Assembly: GCA_964016885.1 (NCBI GenBank)
Contig: OZ024741.1
Span: forward strand, 23,250,001-23,314,000
Source of the DNA: Eledone cirrhosa
Lineage: Eukaryota
Direction of reading: 5' to 3'
Length of the DNA stretch: 64,000 nt
The notes under the pieces were generated by a model. That model ran no database searches, was not told where the DNA came from, and worked only from the letters and a program-made list of their open reading frames with translations. The position numbers were made by a program, and so were the translations under genes. This document shows positions 53,751-64,000 of the stretch, in pieces. Each line of letters starts with the position of its first letter. Position 1 is the first letter of the stretch.

Positions 53751-53971
53751 TCCGTTAACATTTACATTACTCTATATTTACTATTATATGTTCACAGTAA
53801 AGGCTTTACCTCACATAATTTTCTCACATAATATCGAATCTATGAGATTTTGATATTATATATTTTGAGAACAATACCTTAACATAAGTATGAGCAGCTG
53901 GTTATAGCTGGTTTAAACAGAAAGAGGTGAGAGAATTTTGGCCGGATATGGCTGGTTTAAATGCTAACGGG
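53751..53971. mobile_element. piggyBac-like MITE
   Basis: TTAA|TCCGTTAACATTT...AAATGCTAACGGG|TTAA. Confidence 0.78.
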
Positions 53972-54107
53972 TTAACTAACATTTCTTATTTCCTTCTCAT
54001 CTGTGAATGATTTAAAGTTCCTATTTTGTTTAGAACAAGATACTGATGTTACGACAACAAACTGATATTATTCAATAAGGAAGATGTGGTAAAATAATAT
54101 ATTATAC

Positions 54108-54175
54108 CTAAAAACAGGCTTCGTTTCTTCAGATTCTTTTGTGTTTAAGATTCGGCGTTCTGCTGCCAAAGCTCT
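54108..54175 (-). CDS. ANKZF1: ANKZF1 coding exon (VIM, p97/Cdc48-binding motif)
   Basis: ttttcag|RALAAERRILNTKESEETKPVF+AG|gtataa. Confidence 0.92.
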
Positions 54176-55390
54176 CTGAAAATATATGAAATTCAAGATG
54201 AAAGTTTTTTTAAATTTACAAAAATTTGAAATTCAAGTTGAAATTTTTTTCAAATTTACAAAAATCCAAGAAAATTCAACAGAAATATATTTAATGTTTG
54301 GTTAAGCATACAGAAAAAGAAAACTATTGGAAAGGACTTTAAATGCCATAAATGAGAGGAAAAGGAGGGGAAGTGCAAGGACTATTGTTTTATCATTGGA
54401 ATTCATAAATAGGTTATTTCTTCTGCCACAAAAAATGGACCCAATATACAAGATAAAGTAGTTGGTGATAGGAAGGGCATCCAGCTATAAAACCCATAGC
54501 AAAAACAGATTGAGAGGATTCTCCAATTGTGTCAAGAGCACAACAGCCTCACTTGTATTGATGCAACAGTAAAATGCACCCAGTACACTCTGTAAAATAA
54601 TTGGTGATAGAAAGTGTATCCAGCTGTAGAAAACTTGCCAAACAAGAGACTGAGGTTATTCTATTATGTCAAAGACATAACAACCTCCCTATTGTTTGTA
54701 TTATAAAATACATCTAGTACACTTTGTAGAGTGTGGAACTAAATGAAGCACAATGATGATGAAGATGTCACTGCTTTCTCAATAATAATTTGTATCATCT
54801 GAATTACCCTATTCAATAGTGAGTTTTAGAAAGGGTACCCAGACGTTCAACATGACACACTGTGTGACAAGGCCAGCCCTTTGAATTACAGGTACAACTC
54901 ATTTTCCCAGTTGAGTGTATTGCAGCACAGCATTTATTGTCACCATTCAATTGTGTCCGTCTTGGTAGAGCATCAGACAAAATGTTTCGTGGCATCGGTT
55001 CTGGCTTTTTATCAAATATTCTGAGTTCAAATCCTGCCAATGTCAACTTTGCTTTTCGTCCTTTCAGAGGTTAATAAAATAAAGTACCAGTCAAGTACTG
55101 GAGTTAATATAATCAACTACCTTCTCTCCCACAAAATTACTGGCCTTGTGCCTAAATTAAAGACTGTTAATTAAAGACTGTTAATTAAACAAATTTGGCT
55201 TAGATAATTAACTTATTATTGAGGTTTGAGACAAATAATTAAATTAATCACAAACATTGTTTTTACTTTAAAAGAGAAATTGTTTTCAATCAATCTAAAG
55301 ATGCAATCCTTAGACTTAATCATCATTAGCTAATTATCTTCTAGGCAATAATTAGTTAATTAACAGAGAGTATAATATGTATTGTTTTAC

Positions 55391-55501
55391 CTTCTCTCGT
55401 TCAGAAAGGTTTTGAAAACGAATAACATCTAATTTCTGTTGCTGTTGTTTCAAGTTTTTCTCTTCAGTAGAAGCTCTTCTTTGCTTATCAGATCTTTTCT
55501 C
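55391..55501 (-). CDS. ANKZF1: ANKZF1 coding exon (coiled coil)
   Basis: ag|EKRSDKQRRASTEEKNLKQQQQKLDVIRFQNLSEREK|gtaaaa; 111 nt, phase 0. Confidence 0.9.
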
Positions 55502-56874
55502 CTAAAAAAGAATATTTCAATGTGATTCATTCATTTTCAAATAACAGTATACAACAATAATAATTGTTTCTACTTTAGGCACAAGGCCAGCAATTACCCA
55601 GTGCATTACTGGTACTTTATTTTATCAACCCCGTAAGGATGAAAGGCAAAGTCAACCTCAGCGGGATTTGAACTCAGATCGTAAAGGGACGTAACTATTT
55701 TGGAAAGCATGGCGTCCGACCCTCTACCGATACTGCCAATCCACAATAATATTATGCAACAATGAGTCTCTATGTGGCCATCTGTAATGCTAGAAACAGT
55801 AGCAAGATTTCCTTAAAAAATCATACCCTACTCTCTTAATAATTTTGATACCAACCCTTCTAAAGCCACTTCTGCTTCTTTGAAACAAAACCACCCATTC
55901 TGAAGGGTTCCTATTTAAATTAAAATTTTCCAACATAATTTATATAAGAACAATGTTAACTTACTATCTTAGTAATGAAATAATTAATAATTTTAGGAAA
56001 TCTGTCAAAATACTTCACTAATTAATTAAAATAGAGTGTATTTCATTAGAAATATGTTGATGAAAGAGTTAAATAAGAAAATGGCACAATTACAAAGTCA
56101 TAGTTACACCTAAAGAGACAAGATTGTCATAGTTTCAACACCAGATCAGAGCTGATTGAGAGCTAAACAACATTATGTAATGATCAAAACTAGAACAATT
56201 TATTGAATATCCTTATATTTAATTATCAACATTGTATAATCATATTAGCTAACAACTACAATAGTATCATGTAGTAATTGTCATTCTATTTACTTACATG
56301 TATTACTAGTAAACTATCATGTTATTATGGTAGAATTTCTTTTGTCTAGAGACAAAACTATTTATATTGAAATATATAGTCAATATTAAATCATAGTGAA
56401 GGTTGTGGCCTTGTGGTTAGGGTGTTGGACTCATAATCCTAATGTTGTGGGTTCCATTCATGGATAGGGTGGCACATTGTGTTCTTGAGCAAGACATTTC
56501 ATGTTGCTTTTATGACAGGAGTCGATCTCCTATCATGAAAATACAAGAAACTTGCTATGACATACAACCTCAGAGGAAGCCAGCTAAAGTTATATAGGGG
56601 TAGATCTCCTGTCATGAAAACACATAAGAAACTTCTTATGACATAGAACCTCAGAGGAATTAGATAAAGTTATACATATAAGAGGTCAACTGTACTTTTC
56701 ATTTCAGTCAAATCAATCAGCCCATAATTTTGCTGCTGTGTCATTTTTCACCTTCTTCCTGAAAACAATCCAATGACATACCTAAATAATGGTAAAACAT
56801 CTAAAGCAATATAGACAGGTTTTATTAGTATAATTATAAAGATATGTAGTTTCAGTGATTATTTTAACCTGCAG

Positions 56875-57280
56875 CTGAACCTTGCTTGTGTAATTTTAAA
56901 GTTGAGCCCTGTTTGTGTAGTTCTAAAATTGGACCTTGCTTGTGTAATTTTAAAGTTGAACCCTTGTTTATGTAGTTCTAAAGTTGAGCCCTGTTTGTGT
57001 AGTTCTGAAGTTGAGCCCTTGTTTGTGTAGTTCTAAAGTTGATCCCTTGTTTGTTTAGTTCTAAAGTTGAGTCCTGTTTGTGTAGTTCTAAAGTTGAGCC
57101 CTGTTTGTGTAGTTCTAAAGTTGAGCCTTGTTTGTGTAGTTCTAAAGTTGAGCCTTGTTTGTGTAGTTCTAAAGTTGAGCCCTGCTTGTATAGTTCTAAA
57201 GTTGAGCCCTGCTTATATAGTTCTAAAGTTGAGCCCTGCTTGTGTAGTTCTAAAGTTGAGCCCTGCTTGTGTAGTTCTAA
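56875..57280. repeat. 27-28-bp minisatellite, ~14 copies
   Basis: TTCTAAAGTTGAGCCCTGTTTGTGTAG. Confidence 0.93.
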
Positions 57281-57636
57281 ATCTTATTTTGTGTCAAATA
57301 CTACATGTGTTTATATGGTAAATGATGGCTAAAAGACTTAACTGTTAACAAATGTTAAAAATAGCCACATCACAAATGCTTCTCATACTCAGAGAATATG
57401 AAACAATGGGTCATGACACCTGCCACAAAGATTTCTACAGTTCTAAACTTTCCTAAAAATAAACCCTACATTGTTTATTAATATAATCAAAATAAGAATA
57501 ACTAAGAAAACAGGTTTGGCAATTTAGAATTAGGGTTTTGTGGAAGCTATGATTTCTTTTATATCTGGTTCTATTTCACTGGCAAAGCTTCAAGTAATCT
57601 CTAAGACTTTATATAAGAATATGATTTCGTTTTTAC

Positions 57637-57723
57637 TTTTAAACGTTGTTGTTTAACTTTCTTTTTTAGTGATTCTTTCTGTTTCTTTTCAGCCTCTAAT
57701 GCAGGTGTCAAAGGGCTGGGAAT
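57637..57723 (-). CDS. ANKZF1: ANKZF1 coding exon
   Basis: tttctag|IPSPLTPALEAEKKQKESLKKKVKQQRLK|gtaaaa; 87 nt, phase 0. Confidence 0.88.
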
Positions 57724-57909
57724 CTAGAAATAGAAAGAAAAGTTCAACATTAAACATTAACATCCTGTACCGCATCAAGCCACATTAGAAAGACAGTCGT
57801 GAAAAATACCAAACAACACTACGACTGCATCACATTAAAACTTTAGTTTACTTCAAATGTTCACAATCTGTCCCCAAGTAAAGATACTATAAACATTTGA
57901 ATTAACATT

Positions 57910-59759
57910 GTTAACCAGGTAATACTAGAAGGTGTCATACCAAAAGATTAGTGCAGTAGCATCATTGTCAACTGTTACAAAGGTAAAGGCGATGCACTAG
58001 ATAGAGGAAACTATAGAGGTATAAAGTTGATGGACCAGGTCATGAAAGTAACAGAAAGAGTTATAGCACAGTTGATTAGGGACCGGGTGAAAATAGACGA
58101 GATGCAATTTGGGTTTGTACAAGGAAGAGGCACCATTGATGCCCTCTTCCTTGTGAGGCAATTACAGGAAAAGTACCTAGCTAAAAGTAAGCGACTCTAC
58201 TTGGCATTTGTCGACCTTGAGAAAGCCTTTGACAGAGTTCCACGTGCAGTAATCTGGTGGGCTCTTAGAAAACTAGGAGTAGATGAATGGCTTGTGAAAG
58301 CGGTACAAGCCATGTATAGGGGAGCAGTCAGCAAAGTTAGGATTAGCAATGAGTATAGCGAGGAATTTAGCGTACAGGTTGGGGTCCACCAGGGCTCTGT
58401 TCTTAGCCCCCTCCTGTTCATCATAGTCCTGCAGGCAATAACGGAGGAGTTTAAGACCGGATGCCCATGGGAACTCCTGTATGCTGATGACCTCGCACTC
58501 ATAGCTGAATCTATGGTAGAACTAGAGAATAAATTCCAAACTTGGAAGCAGGGACTAGAAAGAAAGGGTCTCAAAGTCAACATGACAAAGACTAAGGTCC
58601 TTGTAAGTAGACGAGAAAACAGAACCCAGATCCCCTCAGGGAAATGGCCTTGCTCAGTATGTAGAAAAGGTGTAGGTAGGAACTCCATTCTCTGCCCCAA
58701 ATGCAAACAATGGGTACACAAGAGATGTAGCGGGATCTCAGGAAGCTTAATTAAGAATGTAGGCTTCACATGCAGTAGCTGTGGTGAGACAGCAAGCAGC
58801 AAACAGCCACAGGAAACAAGTACCACCAATCTCTGGGAGGGCTCTGTAGAAACAGTAGACAGCTTCTGCTACCTAGGTGACCGAATTAGCAGCGGAGGTG
58901 GGTGTTCAGAAAGTACAATAACTAGGGTAAGAACGGGATGGAAGAAGTTTAGGGAACTACTACCACTGCTAGCTGCAAACGGCTTCTCCCTCAGAATGAA
59001 AGGCAGACTGTATGATGCGTGTATCCGAACAGCAATGTTGCATGGTAGTGAGACCTGGACGCTGAAGGTGGAAGACTTACGTAGATTAGAGAGAAATGAA
59101 GCCTGCATGCTCCGATGGATGTGTAACAGTAATATACGTGAACGACAAAGCATAAATGAATTGAGAGAGAGACTGAGCATAAGAGGAATCAAATGCTGTG
59201 TGCAGGAGAGGCGGTTGCACTGGTATGGACATGTGATGCGTATGAAGGATGACAGCTGCATAAAAAGGTGCAGAGCACTAGAAGTTGATGGAAACCGCGG
59301 AGTGGGGAGACCCAAGATGACCTGGGATGAGGTGATAAAAGCTGACCTTACCCAATTACACCTCTCAAAGGCAATGACACATGACCGTGACTTCTGGCGT
59401 CACGCAGTAATACAGAGTACCCGACCTCCCATGGGTACAAGCTGAAGCATATAGACAATATGCCCCCCCCCCACACACACACACCCCACCGCAAGGTGGT
59501 CGTGGAGGTGCCACGGCAAAAAAGCACCCAGCCCACACTGTAAAGTGGACGTGTAGGCACCACGAAAAAGCACCCAGCACTCACTGTAAATGAGGTTGGT
59601 GTTAGGAAGGGCATCCAGCTGTAGAAATCAAGCCAAATCAGTTCCTGTATGAGCAAGGCATGGTCAGCCGACCAGACACTGCCCACAACAGGACAATCCG
59701 TCTAACCCATGCTAGCGTGGAAGAACGGACGTAAAACGGTAATGATGATGATGATGATG
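57910..59759 (+). mobile_element. 5'-truncated RTE-clade LINE (RT plus PHD-like finger), antisense in an ANKZF1 intron
   Basis: ORF 58027-59445: QFGF, FVDLEKAFD, GVHQGSVLSP, YADD, C4HC3-like finger; 3' UTR and (GAT)n. Confidence 0.95.
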
Positions 59760-60053
59760 AGTTTAATAAATCATTATAGGGTCTTAAGGGTTAAATAAAG
59801 ATCAATATCTACAATACAACACACACAAAAAAACTGACATGCCACAAGAAACAGAATTTTTACTGAGGTTGTGATGAAAAGGACCTGTTCAACCCATGCA
59901 AGCATGGAAAAATGGACGTAAAAAGGATGATGGTGATGATAACATATCAGGACATTTACAATAGCCAATAAACAGGTACAAGAGTGCCAAAATTGTTAGA
60001 GGCTGCTCACAAGTATGGAACTTATTTGGAGGACTAAATATATCAAAACATGT

Positions 60054-60240
60054 ACAAGGGGGTGCTGAAAAGTTCCTGGTTTAATAGTATCGTGAAAAGG
60101 TAGAGCTATTACCTTTACAGGGGAGGTAGGACCACAGTAATAAGTGTGTGAATTTGAGTGAGGAATATGTTGAATAAAATCATAATTAACTGATCCTCCT
60201 GTATTTTCTTTTACCCAAAGCCTTTTCAACACTCCATCAT
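60054..60240. mobile_element. mariner-like MITE remnant
   Basis: TA CAAGGGGGTGCTGAAAAG...CTTTTCAACACTCC. Confidence 0.55.
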
Positions 60241-61878
60241 ATAGTCTCCTAGACTGAATATCTGAGATGTACAGTCTCTGAGAATGGTCTCTGATAGATA
60301 CAGGCTCTGGGAATGAATCTCTGATAAGTTTAGAAGACTAATTCCCTGGAAACATGTTTCTTTCAAATGAGGGTTTCACTAAATAAAGGGTGTGCAACAG
60401 TAAAACATCATAAAATAATTAAAACAAAGGGCCAAGAGAATTGTTCAGTTAGACCCAAGGCATAACAACCTCCCAAGTGTTGGTAACATGACATGCACTC
60501 AGTAAAGTGCAAGAATGTACGTAAGCAAGATGGAGTTCCAAACCATCTGAAAAGACAGTATTTTTGATTAAGTAAGACTTGGCCTGTGACAACCCATCCA
60601 ACCCTTGCTGGAGTTAAATGATTATGATATATATATATATATCATCATTTTACATGCTGGCTTGAGTTACACAAGCAGCCACAGGTCAGATGACTACATC
60701 ATGCTCATACATTCCCTTTTGGCATGGTTTCTACAGCTGGATGCCCTGCCTAATACCAACCACCTTACATGTACTGGGTACATTTTATCATGTCATCAGC
60801 ACTATCACTTTACAGAGTAGACTGGGTGCATTTTATCATGTCATCAGAACTACCACTTTACAGAGTAGACTGGGTGCATTTTATCATTGACACTGACTCT
60901 TTACAGAGTGTATTGAATACATTTTACTGTGGTACCAGCACTACCACTTTACAGAATGAACTCAGTTGCCAAAAATCTTTTTTTAGGAAAATATATTTTA
61001 GGAAAAAATAAAAAAGTTCTTCAATATTTGTTTATATTTTTAAAAGTGGGGTTTTATTTGGGGAATACCATGCAGTTATTGTGATAAAGGAAGTAGTTTT
61101 GGTCAAAGTATGAATACAAATTAAATGTAGTAAAAGAGTGAAGGCCAAGGGTAATAAGAGAAAGAATGGTGTGATGGTTTCAGGATTTTAAAAAATTTGT
61201 GATTTTAATTGCTTTGGTGTTTTCACATTCAGTTTAACAGAATGAAAGTTTTCAAGAATAAACTTATTTAAAGAATAGGATTATTCATCCTCATCATTGT
61301 TTTAATGTCCACTTTCCCTGCTAGCAATAGTTGGACTGGTCTATATAGACCAAGTCTGTACTGAAGTGGAGCCACTGATCTCTCAGGCAGACCAGGAACC
61401 TGTGTCTCACATTTCATTGAGTGCTCAGGAGAGGTTGTCATGACACAACTGAGGGTCCTCCCAACCCTTTAGCAAGATTTCTACAGCTGGAAGCCATTCC
61501 TATCACCAATGAATTTATTTACATTCACAATTTACTCTTTTAATATCCTTTATAAACATTTATTTATATTTTCTTAAAGTAAACAATGTTTCTTAAATAA
61601 TACTCCTGTCCTTACAAAACTATAAATATACCGTATATACTTAAATATAAACTCCCACTCCATTTTATGTCCGAGAAACGGCCCAAAATCCAAACACTGT
61701 TTATAAGCCAAAATCCAACACTGTTTATAATCAAAACATTGTTTAGATGGTGTATTGTCATCTGGCTGTGACGAGAGACATAACTGCTTCATTTCTTTAA
61801 GTTGCTGGAATGACTAAACTGGTCCAATTCTACTTCATGACAAATTCAACTGCAGAAACAACTGTTCTAATGTCTCAC

Positions 61879-61987
61879 CTGAGCTTTGCGATAACCATAT
61901 TTGTCAGGAAATTTAGCCATGAATCTGCGGAACTCATTCCTTGTTTCTTTGTCTGCTATACAATAAGGAGGTATTCCTTTGCTGTTG
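61879..61987 (-). CDS. ANKZF1: ANKZF1 coding exon (end of ankyrin region)
   Basis: tttctag|C NSKGIPPYCIADKETRNEFRRFMAKFPDKYGYRKAQ|gtgaga; TRNEFRRFM is the family hallmark. Confidence 0.93.
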
Positions 61988-63104
61988 CTAGAAACAGAAG
62001 TGAAATAAGAATATGACTAAAAAATCAGATGTTAAAATTTTATGATAGTTCGTTAGCAGTGTTATTTAAATTAAAGAAGACTAACGATGACCTACATTCA
62101 TAAGAGTCAATTCAGTAAAGATGAAAATATCAGCAATGGCTTATCTCACACGTTTATTGTCAAGAATATCAGCATTTAATTATTAACACATTGATAATAT
62201 ATGTCAAGTTGTCTTAAAATAATGAAAATGATTGTGTACAGTGCTCAAGTAAACTACTAAAACCATGAAAAAGAGTAACATGTAACAAGAAACATATCTT
62301 TTTCGTGCACTTACAACAATTTACTTCATATTGCTAACATATTAATTTCTTTCTTCAATTAGCCGTTTGAATGGTGAAATCTATGATAGTTGAAGCAGCT
62401 AAAAGGTTGTGGATAAATGGTTGACACCTGACTTTGTAATATCAGACTTGGAGCTCTTTAGGAGGATTCAATATATTAAATGAAATAACTTTGTTATTTA
62501 AAAAAACAGCACAATGTGTGAATTAAATTCTTTTTGTATTAGTTCTTCAGCCATAAATTAGAGATCTGGAAGATTTAAGTGTCATGTTATATTCCATTTT
62601 CAAGCACAGAAGGTCGTCCTTTCCACACACAAGAGCATTATTCTTAATTTTGATCCCATTTATTTGTTTAAAATCACCAAACCCCTCAGTGACAGTGTAG
62701 TACAAAAGAAGGAAGTTGTTGGTGTAAGAGTATCCAGCTGTAGAAAACTTGCTAAATGAAGTATCTAGAGGACTCTTCGGTTTCTCAAAGACATGACAAC
62801 CTTCCTGGTACTAGTGCCATTATAAAATGCACCCAGTACTCTCTGTAGAAAACGGGAATAATGTATGTAAGAGATAGATTGTTCGTAGCCCATTTGAGAG
62901 GCCAGTAGCTCTGATCAAGTATTGACTTGGTCTGTGATGATCCATGCAACTCTTGTTAGCAGAGAACCAGGAACATTAAATAATGATGATGATGAATTTA
63001 TATTCTATATGATGAGAAATTTGACCTATTTATAATTTGTGGATTTTTCTGTTATCAATTTATACTTTCTTATTTCTTTGGTGTATTATAGTTATATAAT
63101 ATAA

Positions 63105-63533
63105 TGAAGATTATTGTGTACACTGCTCAGGTGCACTACAACCCATCAAAGGTGCATGTATAGTACATAGAATAATGTAGAAATCTCAGGAAACTGAACA
63201 GTGTATGTGTCATGATATACACACTCCACACACACACACAAATGCGAGTGTGGTATGGAGGGGGAATATCAGGTGTAGTGTTGGCGAATTTCAGGAAGCA
63301 TGGAGGTTTTGAAGGATGCAATGTCCCGACAGCTAATAACTGATGCAGGTAATTTGTTCCATGCTTCAGCAACTCTGAGTGTGAAAAAATGTTTCCGAAA
63401 GTCATGGGAGCTGTGCTTTTTTTCTGATTTTGCAAGCATGTCCACAGGTGTTAGACTCATGGAATTCAAAAAGGTGCTCAGGGTTGTTGTTGGCAAAATG
63501 GTTAATAATCTTGTGGGTGTCTACCAAGTTAGT
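63105..63533 (-). mobile_element. CR1 3' fragment
   Basis: HSSHDFRKHFFTLRVAEAWNKLP..PEIRQHYT plus UTR. Confidence 0.9.
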
Positions 63534-64000
63534 TGCGTTGTTTCACATTGCTTCTTGGAGTTCCTCGTCATCTGGTGGGAGGATTCAAGGTTGGAATTTA
63601 TTTGTAACTGTCATACCATGAGAATTATAAATAACTTCATTACTTTTGCTCCTAACTCACTGTGAAATATCAAATGGAAGACTAACATAAGGAATGTGGA
63701 TTTCCATGATTCAGACATCACTGATAGTTTGCTGAGAGTTAGTGGACACAGCAATGGCTAAATAGTTAAGTTCACTTCACAATCATAAGGTCCTAGGTTT
63801 GATTCCACTATGGGGCATCTGGGGTAAGTATCTTTTACCATAGCCTCAGGTTGACCCAAGCTTTGTAAGTGAATCTGGTTAAACGAAAACTGTTTGGAAG
63901 CCTGTCAGATGGACTCTACCTTAATTCAATGGGCCAGCCTGTGTCATGCTGAATATTCCTGATAATTATGTTAATGGAATGCTCAGCCACTTGCTCATTA

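Overview
Repeat-rich animal genomic DNA; the SINE/LINE repertoire and (TA)n/(TACA)n density suggest an octopod cephalopod (inference). Two host genes converge. On + are two phase-compatible exons of an M3A oligopeptidase A-like gene (17625-17788, 18568-18707). On - are the last five coding exons of ANKZF1/Vms1 (61987 to 51994), which the ORF track misses. The rest is mobile DNA: a Helitron, CR1 and RTE LINEs, tRNA-SINEs, MITEs, a decayed DDE transposase, Penelope-like fragments and a 7.4-kb 48-bp satellite grown from a retroposon tail. The main hidden signal is 11 minimal type-I hammerhead ribozyme motifs from about 6 families. Ten have a palindromic stem III, whose sequence differs by family; the eleventh is a decayed copy. 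Most sit in fold-back elements inserted in TA microsatellites. One is a 1.2-kb palindrome of four 310-bp ribozyme-bearing monomers (retrozyme-like), and a relative carries a compensatory U3-A8 core. All calls were made by eye; no folding or searches were run.
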